Source: Candidatus Fervidibacter japonicus
Lineage (GTDB): Bacteria; Armatimonadota; Fervidibacteria; Fervidibacterales; Fervidibacteraceae
Direction: 5' to 3'
NCBI GenBank assembly: GCA_002898575.1
Contig: BEHT01000014.1
Coordinates: forward strand, 6,480-70,479
DNA: 64,000 bases
This document shows, piece after piece, positions 37,242 to 46,800 of this stretch. Positions within the stretch are counted from its first letter, which is position 1. Every line of letters begins with the position of its first letter. Under the pieces are notes generated by a model. That model was not told where the DNA came from and ran no database searches. It saw only the letters and a program-made list of their open reading frames with translations. Position numbers and translations under genes: made by a program.

Positions 37242-40200
37242 ATGCCGATGCGTTTATTGGTTTGGTTGCTTTGGCTTTGTTTGGTAATTGACTTTGCAGC
37301 AGCCCAAACGCTGTCCACAAAGGATGGATTGCGACTTTCGTGGACGGCAGATGGAACGCTGCGGGAATTGGTTGTCGCCAAAACGAATTTTGTCGGTATC
37401 GGTGGATTCTCCTCCGCTGAACCCAAAGAGCCCGATAAATTGCAATGGGTGCCTCTAAGGGGAAGAGTAGAGCGCAAAGGCAACACGCTGACGATGCAAG
37501 TCAGTGGCATGGACTTGGAACTGAGTGCCACCTTCACCGAACAACCTGACGCCATCTTTTGCGACGGTTTCGTCCGCAATAAGACACAAGCCGACCGAGC
37601 CGTAGTGCTGGCGTTTGTCGTTCCGCTGGACGCAACCAACTGGCAGTGGTGGGACAATCTGCGGACGGCACGCCGTATTGAACCGAAAATAACACCGCTT
37701 TACACCTCTACCATCCGCTACGGCAATCGTGGCGAACACTCACTTTATCCATTTTGTGCTGTCAACAGCGATAAAGTTGGCATTGCTCTAAGCATCGCTC
37801 TTGATTTGCCCGTCATCCATCGCTTCGTTTACGACGCCGCTCAAAAGCAGTTGAGGATTGAGTGGGATTTCGGGTTGTCGCCCGATGGTGGGACGAGGGT
37901 GGCGGGGAAGCGGGAACCGAACACAGCAATTTTCCGCTTCGCTATTTATGCTTTGGATGAACCGCGATGGGGCATGAGAGCCGCTGCCGATAAGTTCTAC
38001 CGCCTGTTCCCCGAAAGTTTCAAAGTGAGGGTTAAACGCTTCGGTATTTGGATGCCTTTCACTGACATCGCAAAAATTGCCGACTTTGAAGACTTCGGCT
38101 TCGCCTACCACGAAGGAGCACAAAATCCCGATTTCAACCGAAAGCACGGCTTTTACAACTTCCGCTACGAAGAGCCCTGGTCGGCATGGTTTTACCTGCC
38201 ACCCGATGCACCAACTGACTTGACAATGGACCAACTTTTCGCTTACCCGAACAAAAGGGAGCAACATCCAAACCTTGCAGAAATTGTCAAGTCTTGCGGC
38301 GTTCAAGATGAACAAGGTCGCTTTTCAATGCGCACAGAGAAAACTGACCCTGTCCATTGGGCTGGTGGGCAAACTCTTTACAACTTTCTCGTCAACGCTG
38401 ACCCAGACATTGGGCGGGACGAGGGACGCGGGGCGAGGGACGAGGCAACAAAAGCAAAGGCGATGGACAAGACGCTTCACACGGTGCTCAGTGATGAGCG
38501 ATTGGATGGCGTCTACTTTGATGGCTTTGGTGAGTGGGTTATGCCGAACGAGAATTATCGGCGAGACCATTGGCGCGTTGCCGATTTCCCCTTGACTTTC
38601 AGTTGGCGGACGAAACAACCAACTCAATTGGCACCTTTCGGCATCTACGAGTATCTCGCATACGCTGCCCAGCAACTTCACGCTGCAGGCAAGTTAGTCA
38701 TGGCAAACGGTTTCGGTTACGGCTTCCCGTTCCATGCCCATTGGGTTGATGTCGGTGGCAACGAAATTCGTTGGACTCGTCAAAGGGACGATTTCGCTTT
38801 CTTTGACTATCGGCGGGTTCTGGCATATCGCAAGCCTTTTTTGCCCCTCAACAATGAGTTCTTTGACCGTGAGTTCACATCGGATGTCGCCGAGGATTAC
38901 TTCCGCTGGGCTCTCTTTTACGGTTTCCCGCCATCTTGCTTTGCGCCCGGCGCCGGCGCTTTCGGCAACTATTGGAACAACCCTGAATTTCACAACCGCG
39001 ACCGTCATTTATTCCGCAGGTATGTTCCACTCATCGTTCGGTTGTGCGAAGCGGGTTGGGAACCGATAACGCACGCACTGAGCGACAACGAAAAAGTTTT
39101 GGTTGAGCGATTTGGGCGGTGGGGCGATGGCAATTTGCACTTCACCGTTTACAATGCCAGCGACCAAATGCAAAACACAGTCATCGCCATTGACGCCGCT
39201 AAGTTGGGTTTGAGTGAACGGGATGTTCGCAACTTGACAATTTGGGTTCTAACCGATTTGAAACCTTTCCCGTTCGCTGTCCGCGAGACGAACCTTTCTC
39301 CCTTGACAATCTTGCTTGGTGGGACTTTAGCGCCTCGCGAGACGGCGCTGCTTTGGTTAGCGAGGGACGGAGCAAGTGTGATGGATGGTCTCGCTAAGTT
39401 GGCGAAACTTCACCTTCAACGAGCGGTCAGCAAGTCGCAGCGGCGAACACAAGCGCCTGACGAATTGAAGGCGGAAACGAAACAATCCTCTGAAGCACAA
39501 CCGAAAACTCTCGCCGATTGGCTCAAGTGGTTGGAGCAGTTGCAGAGGTTGAAAGCCGAATGGCAGCGACAAGAAGACGGGGCAAACATTGCTGCCGATT
39601 TCGCAGAAGCAATTCGCATCGTCAGTGCGATGGTGCGGGAACTCTTGGCGCTGCAAACCGATGCGGTCTTGCCTCACGAAGTCGCTGCAGGTGAACTTTT
39701 GCGAGTTCCCGTTGATGTCCGCAACACTGGCAAGGAAGTTTTGAAGGATGCAAGGTTGGTAGCAATGTTGACCTTAACTGAAGTCGGAACTTCTCAGGCT
39801 CAATCTCTCAACCCCGAAACTGCTGAACTTTCTCTGGGCGATTTGCCCCCGAAAGCGCTGAGGCGGGAACTGTTGATGTTGAAAGTGCCCGAAGGTTGGG
39901 CAAACAAACGGGCAAATTTGCGTGTGGCACTGCAAGCAACTGTCATGGGCGCGACTGTTAATTTGCCCATTGACGAAGTGGTGGTCAAAGTTTTGCCACC
40001 AACAGAAATCACTGTCACGCAATTTGGGGGCGAACCGAGCATTTTGGTGCGCATCAGAAACAACACGGGTGAGAGTCTTCAAGGGCAAGTTAAAGTCACT
40101 TCACCGTTAGAGTTCGTGGAGCGCAAAGTGACGCTCAGAGCGAGGGCGACGACGGAAATAAAACTAACTGCTGTCAAGCCTCCAACGGAAGCGCAATTAG

Positions 40201-41141
40201 CGAGTGCAAAGGTTGAGGTGGTATGGGACGAGGGACGCGGGACGAGGGACGGGGTAACGAAATGGCTTTCTTTAATTGCGACGCCGATTGGCAGTAACTT
40301 GCTGAAGAATGGTTCATTTGAAGATGGGGACAAGCCACCATTGCCCAACTGGGGCTTTTATGGGGTCGGTTACAAGTTGAGCAGTGACGCCGTTGATGGT
40401 AAACAGAGCATTGCTTGCGAGAGCGATGATACTCAAACGATGCGCGGTGCAGTGCAAACGGTGGCGCTCAACCAAACCGAAGCAGTCCCACTGATTTTGC
40501 ACGGGTTCAGCAAAGGCGAAAATGTTTTCCCGACACATTTGAGTGGCGACTATTCCCTTTACCTTGACGCTCGCTATGTTGATGGCTCGCCGCTTTGGGG
40601 CGAAATCGTGCCATTTGATGGGACGAGGGACGCGGGGCGAGGGACGGGCTGGCAGTGGGGATGGAGGTTAATTGTGCCTGAAAGACCGTTGCGGGAAGCG
40701 GTCGTCTATGCCCTTTTCCGTTACCGTCGCGGGCGGGCTTGGTTTGACAGCGTTTATTTGGGCGAACTTAGGTTGCCACCAAGTTTGAATGCGGAAGCAA
40801 CGGAGGGCGAGGCTACTGCTGAGCCGAAAAGTTTAAGAGCCTTGACGGACCGAGATTTCCGAACGATGTGGGAAGGCAAAGGTGAAAAACAAGTTGTGCT
40901 CGCTGTGAAGTCGGCAGCGACAATCAGTCAAGTTGCGATTTGGTGGCATATTCCAGAGCGACGAGCCGATTTCGTGAGTGTGGAAGTTTGGGTTGATGGC
41001 AATTGGCAAAAAGTTTCAGAGCGCCCAACCGACGCCGATACATGGTTGACAGTTTTGGATTTTGAAGCGACGAAGACTCAAAGATTGCGCATCACATTCC
41101 GAGGGATAAGTTACGCAGTGCGGGAAATTGAATTGCGTTAA
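37242..41141 (+). CDS. Large secreted multidomain protein, putative glycoside hydrolase with CBM-like modules
   Basis: Signal peptide (..AAAQ); aromatic-rich core with LDGVYFDGFGEW; NLLKNGSFEDG module; F5/8-type-C-like C-terminus. The ORF is open from 37218. Confidence 0.75.
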   Translation: MPMRLLVWLLWLCLVIDFAAAQTLSTKDGLRLSWTADGTLRELVVAKTNFVGIGGFSSAEPKEPDKLQWVPLRGRVERKGNTLTMQVSGMDLELSATFTEQPDAIFCDGFVRNKTQADRAVVLAFVVPLDATNWQWWDNLRTARRIEPKITPLYTSTIRYGNRGEHSLYPFCAVNSDKVGIALSIALDLPVIHRFVYDAAQKQLRIEWDFGLSPDGGTRVAGKREPNTAIFRFAIYALDEPRWGMRAAADKFYRLFPESFKVRVKRFGIWMPFTDIAKIADFEDFGFAYHEGAQNPDFNRKHGFYNFRYEEPWSAWFYLPPDAPTDLTMDQLFAYPNKREQHPNLAEIVKSCGVQDEQGRFSMRTEKTDPVHWAGGQTLYNFLVNADPDIGRDEGRGARDEATKAKAMDKTLHTVLSDERLDGVYFDGFGEWVMPNENYRRDHWRVADFPLTFSWRTKQPTQLAPFGIYEYLAYAAQQLHAAGKLVMANGFGYGFPFHAHWVDVGGNEIRWTRQRDDFAFFDYRRVLAYRKPFLPLNNEFFDREFTSDVAEDYFRWALFYGFPPSCFAPGAGAFGNYWNNPEFHNRDRHLFRRYVPLIVRLCEAGWEPITHALSDNEKVLVERFGRWGDGNLHFTVYNASDQMQNTVIAIDAAKLGLSERDVRNLTIWVLTDLKPFPFAVRETNLSPLTILLGGTLAPRETALLWLARDGASVMDGLAKLAKLHLQRAVSKSQRRTQAPDELKAETKQSSEAQPKTLADWLKWLEQLQRLKAEWQRQEDGANIAADFAEAIRIVSAMVRELLALQTDAVLPHEVAAGELLRVPVDVRNTGKEVLKDARLVAMLTLTEVGTSQAQSLNPETAELSLGDLPPKALRRELLMLKVPEGWANKRANLRVALQATVMGATVNLPIDEVVVKVLPPTEITVTQFGGEPSILVRIRNNTGESLQGQVKVTSPLEFVERKVTLRARATTEIKLTAVKPPTEAQLASAKVEVVWDEGRGTRDGVTKWLSLIATPIGSNLLKNGSFEDGDKPPLPNWGFYGVGYKLSSDAVDGKQSIACESDDTQTMRGAVQTVALNQTEAVPLILHGFSKGENVFPTHLSGDYSLYLDARYVDGSPLWGEIVPFDGTRDAGRGTGWQWGWRLIVPERPLREAVVYALFRYRRGRAWFDSVYLGELRLPPSLNAEATEGEATAEPKSLRALTDRDFRTMWEGKGEKQVVLAVKSAATISQVAIWWHIPERRADFVSVEVWVDGNWQKVSERPTDADTWLTVLDFEATKTQRLRITFRGISYAVREIELR
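38416..38443 (+). repeat. Intragenic heptamer tandem element, copy 1
   Basis: GGGACGA-GGGACGC-GGGGCGA-GGGACGA. Confidence 0.85.
40225..40252 (+). repeat. Intragenic heptamer tandem element, copy 2
   Basis: GGGACGA-GGGACGC-GGGACGA-GGGACGG. Confidence 0.85.
40620..40647 (+). repeat. Intragenic heptamer tandem element, copy 3
   Basis: GGGACGA-GGGACGC-GGGGCGA-GGGACGG. Confidence 0.85.
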
Positions 41142-41210
41142 AATGTCAATCGGTTGTCTCGGCGCACGATTTGAGTGGCATTGGCAACTTGAAGCGGGAG
41201 GGCTTGAAAC

Positions 41211-42305
41211 ATGTGCAGATTTCGGCAGGCAAGACAAACACTCATCCTTGCTATCGCCTCACTTGCCACCCTTTGGACTTCCAAGTTTGCTTATGCGTGT
41301 ATGGTATGTGAAATGCAAAGAAGTCCAGCCATTGTCCTAACTTTTTCACCCGATGGTCAATGGTTGGCTTCGTCCAATCGTTGGAGGTGGAGTGGGGGAA
41401 AGTTGACGACCAGAACGACCATAGAAATTTGGAAAGTGCCGAAGTTGAAAATAGTCAAGCAACTGCCTGAAGGACAGAGAGTTATTGCACTCGCTTTTTC
41501 GCCTGATAGCAAAATTCTCGCAGCAAGTGGTATGAACAATTGGGTCTCGCTTTGGAAATTGCCTGAAGGAAAAAGAGTGAGGCGATTTATGACAGAGGCT
41601 GAAGGATACAATGAAGTCCACAGCCTTGTCTTCTCGCCAAACGGTCGCTTGTTGGCAGCAGGGACACGGGATGGTGTTATCTACCTTTGGCAAACGCCGC
41701 AGGTTAAATTGATTGGCGTTCTCGTGACTGGTCAAGAAGGAATAGTTGTGTCCCTTACTTTCTCACCCGACGGCAAAAAGTTGGTAGCGCTTGTGAAAGG
41801 ATATTGGCATCAACTTTGGGTTCAACTTTGGGATGTGCAGGCGAAAAAGTTGCTTTGGGAACGAGAACCTAAATTCAGGCTCTCATCAATTGCCTTCACA
41901 AGAGACGGACGCAGGTTAGTTGGAGCAGGTGATACTCTTCTCGTGCTTTCCACAATTGATGGAAGCGTTATCAGCAAACAAGGTTTAACTTCATTTCATT
42001 CTCCGCCTGGCGGTGTTTCTGCCGATGGGCAATTTATAGCCCTTTACGACTTTTCAGGCTCAGTCAAAGTCAAGAGATCGCACGACTTCAAGGACATTTG
42101 GCAGGCAAGCGTAATCAGTTGGAAGTTGAAAAAGCAACTGCACCGTTGGGCAGAGAGGATTGAGCAGGGCACGAATTTACCAATGACAAAGCCGTTCTCA
42201 CGCCCTATATTGCCATCTGCTTCCATGGCTGCATTTTCACCAGACAACCGATGGTTGGCTTTGGGTTTTGATAACGGGCAAATCAAGTTGTGGCGAATTA
42301 GGTGA
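41211..42305 (+). CDS. WD40-repeat beta-propeller protein
   Basis: Repeated LAFSPDGxxLA...IxLW units. Confidence 0.9.
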   Translation: MCRFRQARQTLILAIASLATLWTSKFAYACMVCEMQRSPAIVLTFSPDGQWLASSNRWRWSGGKLTTRTTIEIWKVPKLKIVKQLPEGQRVIALAFSPDSKILAASGMNNWVSLWKLPEGKRVRRFMTEAEGYNEVHSLVFSPNGRLLAAGTRDGVIYLWQTPQVKLIGVLVTGQEGIVVSLTFSPDGKKLVALVKGYWHQLWVQLWDVQAKKLLWEREPKFRLSSIAFTRDGRRLVGAGDTLLVLSTIDGSVISKQGLTSFHSPPGGVSADGQFIALYDFSGSVKVKRSHDFKDIWQASVISWKLKKQLHRWAERIEQGTNLPMTKPFSRPILPSASMAAFSPDNRWLALGFDNGQIKLWRIR

Positions 42306-42421
42306 TTGAATGCAGACAGGCAACGGCAATGCAGCACCTTGACTTTGCTTTGTTGACACAGTTTGGTTGGCTTGATGGACGATGGGGGTGATTTTGGCGA
42401 ACCACTGCATCTCCCTTTGCA

Positions 42422-42928
42422 TCAGGTCTGGTCACTTTGGCTTTCAGCCTTTGCTATGACCTCACCAAGGAATGCCCCCAAAATCGCTCCCCCGATTGCG
42501 CTCACAATTGCTCCTGTCGCTCTCCAGATCGTGTCCTCAACGATTTCGCCCTTGATTTCCCAGATTGAGTTTGAGATTATGCTTGCGATTAAGCCCCCGA
42601 TTGCACCTCCGATGGCACCTCTGATTAATCCCTTGCGCCCACCTATGAACGCACCTAAAACTGCCCCCCCGATTGCTCCCCAGATTGCAGACTGGATTGC
42701 AACTGTGAGTAAGATCGCTCTCTTGGCTGCGGTCTGGGTTACGCCATTGATTACATCCTCAACCATGAAGGCTGTGATTTCAATTCCGCAGATTAGCGGG
42801 CAGATTAGGAACCCGATTGCACCTCCGATAGCGCCTCTAATTCGCCACCACAAAACCAAGTTCCTTCCACAGTGCCCACAGGAAATAGCATCTTTCGGAT
42901 TCTCCCTACCACACCATGCACAACGCAC
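42422..42928 (-). CDS. Zinc-ribbon protein with glycine-zipper-like membrane repeats
   Basis: CAWCG...CGHCG followed by repeated GAIGGAIG(G) hydrophobic units. Confidence 0.8.
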   Translation of the reverse strand: MRCAWCGRENPKDAISCGHCGRNLVLWWRIRGAIGGAIGFLICPLICGIEITAFMVEDVINGVTQTAAKRAILLTVAIQSAIWGAIGGAVLGAFIGGRKGLIRGAIGGAIGGLIASIISNSIWEIKGEIVEDTIWRATGAIVSAIGGAILGAFLGEVIAKAESQSDQT

Positions 42929-42970
42929 TTTAACTCACCTTCTGAAGTCCAAAATGCAAGTGTAAAGCCT

Positions 42971-43783
42971 TCAGCCTCGCAATCCCTTCTCTCGCAAAAG
43001 TTTATCTGCCCATTCGGCATCTTCGCCTTCCAGCGGTATCGGCGGATCACGGCGATAATCTATCCTGCGAGCATAAGCGCCCTCATCATAACATCGGTCA
43101 AACACCGCTTGCAAATCCAAAACAACATCGGGGTCGCCATCAGCAAGGGGAACATGAATGCGAGGCAATCTTTGCCTTACCGTGATCGGCCAAACCTCAA
43201 ACCGATTCCCTTCCCCTCCCCGATGCAAACAGACAAGATAATCCCACTTGCACTTTTTAAGCAACTGCTCTCGTGACACTGCAACAGTGTGTTCGCCAGT
43301 CCGCAAAAGGTCTATCTCAATGAGATGAGTTTGGCTCTTGAGAATTTCCTGCTGTTTTGTCAAGTAAAGTTTTCGCCCCTCGTGCCCTGGTGTCTTGTCG
43401 GAGTAACTGAGGACTTCAATGACCGTCACCACTCGGCTCTCTTCTCCGACAGGCAAGATTTCAACGAAGACTTCTCGTATTTCCACTGGCTCATATGTCA
43501 AGACCAAAGGAGGGTCACTTGCGATTGCCACTGCGGTTGTTGTGCCCCTTGAGCCTTGTTCTGTTTGGGGTTGGGTAATGGGATGTTCCAGCACGACTAC
43601 ATCGGGGTAAACGCTTCGTTCTGGCTGGACAATGTAAACCCGTTCGCCAATGTCAGCAACATAACGCGGTGGCAGCACCGCGTTCAGCGCTGCTCGGATG
43701 TAGGTAATCAAACCTTGATGCACTCCTGGCCACAAAACAGGATTTTCAAGGTAGGGATCCATCCCTGGGAAAGGGCTGGGCAT
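42971..43783 (-). CDS. DUF4058 family protein (restriction-endonuclease-like fold)
   Basis: MPSPFPGMDPYLE, VIEVLS, HLIEIDLLR and DVVLDLQAVFDRCYD motifs. Confidence 0.9.
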   Translation of the reverse strand: MPSPFPGMDPYLENPVLWPGVHQGLITYIRAALNAVLPPRYVADIGERVYIVQPERSVYPDVVVLEHPITQPQTEQGSRGTTTAVAIASDPPLVLTYEPVEIREVFVEILPVGEESRVVTVIEVLSYSDKTPGHEGRKLYLTKQQEILKSQTHLIEIDLLRTGEHTVAVSREQLLKKCKWDYLVCLHRGGEGNRFEVWPITVRQRLPRIHVPLADGDPDVVLDLQAVFDRCYDEGAYARRIDYRRDPPIPLEGEDAEWADKLLREKGLRG

Positions 43784-43838
43784 CGCAATCACCTTTGCCC
43801 TGACACGCTTGGCATTCAATTGCGGTAGAGACTTAACC

Positions 43839-46800
43839 TTATTCCGTTGACACCGTTTGGTCGGCTTGTTGACTGATGGGGATGATTTTGACGAACCATC
43901 TGTCGGCGTCGTCCATCAGGTTGCGGATACGAAGGGCTTGTTGCCACTGCCCGCTGCGCTCCAATTCGTCGGCGTAAGCGCTCAACAGTTCGCGGATGTT
44001 GCGGACATCGTTGTCGTCCACAGGTAGGATGCTGACCTTGGCGCTCTTTGCCAACCGGCGCCGTAACGCTGTTTCGTCAAAGCCCAAATCGGGCGTCAAC
44101 TTGACATAGACGACGCCACCTGTCATGCCCGCACAAATCCAAGGACCAGGGTCGCCCAAGACAACCGCGCGACCAGCGGTCATGTATTCAAAGGCAAAGC
44201 CTTTCAGGTGGGCTTTAGCGGCGATGTTAATCAACCCTTGCGCGTCATCAATGGGTTCGGTAATTTCGCCGCCGAAAACGACATCGGCGCCCGACAAGCG
44301 GATGCACGCGCGGCTGTCGGCATAACCCTGCACGACGAAGAACCCGCGTTGAGCGCCGTAGGCGAAACTCTTGCCGACGCTTCCGTCCAAGCGATTGCCC
44401 TCGTGATTAGTGCCTTTTAGGATGATGATGCTGCCACCGCACGCCCCTTTGCCGACGCCGTCCTGCGCTCCGCCTTCAATGCGGAGGCTCACTTGGGGGA
44501 TGTTGAACGCGCCCAGCCCGTTGCCAGCGATAGTGTGGTTCAGGTGCAATTCAACCCGCTCCAACTCCTTGAGTTTGGGCGGGCGCAATTCCACTGACCC
44601 TTTGGGAACGGGCAACCCAATTTGGGCGCGGGCGATGACGCCCGAAAGGTGCGCGCCGATGGCGCGGTCGGATGCTCCCAAGCGGCTGTCTTCGTAAACA
44701 ATCCGTTTGCCATCGCGCTCAATTTCGTCCAAGATGACCTGCGTGATGAGTTTGGTCGTGTAACCTAAGGGGCGGTAAACTTTGCGGGTCGCTGCGGTCC
44801 GTTCGGTCTCAACGATAATGGGCTTGACTAAATCGGTCAGGTCAATCAAATCGTGCCCGCGCGTTTGGACGAGCAAATCGCTTCGTCCGACCAAATCTTG
44901 CAAACGGTCTGCGCCAAGCATCCCGGTGAGGCGTTTGAGTTCCTCACCCATGCCGCTGAAGAAGTTAACTAGCGCCTCAACGGCGCGGTCAAAATCGCGC
45001 GGTTCAAACCGCTTCAATCCGCGCCGGGTCGCTTCTTCACGGCTTTCAATTTGCGTGGCGATGCCGACATGGCAGGTGTCCAGTTGGCAGCCACGACAAA
45101 TGGTGCAACCGATCGCCACCATCGCCAAGGTCCCAAATCCCACGCGGTTGGCGCCGAGCAAGATACACTTGAGGGCATCGGAAGCGGTGCGCATCCCGCC
45201 ATCCGCCCAGAGTTCCACTTGGTCGCGGATGCCCGCTTGCAGCAGCGCCCGATGGGCTTCCTTGATGCCGACTTCCGCAGGCAGCCCGACATACTTAAGG
45301 GCGTGAATGCGTGCTGCCCCTGTCCCGCCATCAAACCCCGACAAATTGACGACATCCGCCCCTGCTTTGGCGATGCCGACAGCGATGACGCCGATGTTGG
45401 CGACAACAGGCACCTTCACGATGACCTTCGCTTTCGGGTTGATGGTCTTCAGCTCGCTGATGAGTTGGGCGAGGTCTTCAATGCTGTAAAGGTCGTGGTT
45501 GTTGTTGGGCGAAATCAAGTCCACGCCAGGCACTGCATAGCGGACAGAAGCGACCTTCGGCGTGACTTTGCGCCCTGGCAAGTGCCCCCCTTCGCCGGGC
45601 TTTGCGCCTTGCCCGATTTTGATTTCCAGCCAATAGGACGAGTTGCAGTAGTAGGCGTTGACGCCAAACCGCCCTGAGGCAACTTGTTGTCCGCGATTGA
45701 ACGGGTAACGCCCGATCAAGTCTTTCAGTTCGCCGCCCTCGCCCGTCAACGCCAACATGTTGAGCCGATAGGCGGCTTCAGCGTAAGCGCGATAGGCAAT
45801 TTCGTTCTGCGAGCCAAAGGACATGGAAGCGATGACGAAAGGCAAATCGTGCCAACCGATGCCGATGTCCACGCGGTCAGGCGCCACCCACTGCGAGCGG
45901 TCGTCTAAAAACTGCACATCCAACAGATGGCGCAACGCGATGGGGTGCTCACGCTCCAAAGCGATCACGCGGGCTTCATATTCGCGATAATCGCTTTCGC
46001 CGTTGGCGGCGCGCCCAGCGGCTTTCCAGACATGGGGGTAAAAGCGGAAGTCGCGACGCAAAGGGGAACGGCGGTGCGCGGTGTCCGTCGCACCGTAAAG
46101 GAACTGCCAACGACGACGCACTTCTTTGTCCCAACGGTCAAGGTCAAAGGCGGCTTTTTCGCTGCCGTAAAAGTTTTTGCATTCGGTCAACGCTGCGATT
46201 TCCGGAGCGACGCCGATGGATGCGAAGTTTTTCCCGTAACCGCGCAACTCATGCGTCCCCATCGTCGCGATGACCTTCTCCAACCCCTTGCTTAACCCGA
46301 CAATCACATTGCTCAGCCGGCGGGCGCGTTCCCATTCGTCAGCGACAGTGCATTCGGGTTTCTCGCTGGACAACGCCACATCGTAAAGCAGATAGGGCAC
46401 GACAGCGTCAGCGCCCAAACTGATGGCGAAAATCAAATCGTGCAAGTTGCGCAACGCTCCCGACCGCAGCACGAGGCTGCAGCGCCGGCGCAAATTCTGT
46501 TGGCTCTTGGGCGATTCACCGTTGTCGCTTTCCGTTTCTTGTCCTTTGTCCCACGCCTCCCGCAACGCTTTGTCCACGGCGGCGACAGCGAGGTGTGGGT
46601 CAAGGAGGAGGGTTTCGTGCTGAAAGGCATCGCCGTCGTCCAGCACCAGAAGGTGGGCACCGGCACGCACCGCTTCTTTCGCTGCTTCCACCAACTGCTG
46701 CAAGGCGTCACGGGCTGTTTGTTGTGTGGCGTAAGCCAACGACAGTCGTGTCCACCGAGTCGGTTCGGAAAATGCTGTGAGCACGCACTCCAGAGTTTTT

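Noticed and set aside
38416-40647. Repeats considered as a CRISPR array
   Set aside because: The copies are 0.4-1.8 kb apart inside an ORF, have no regular spacers, and no cas genes are present.
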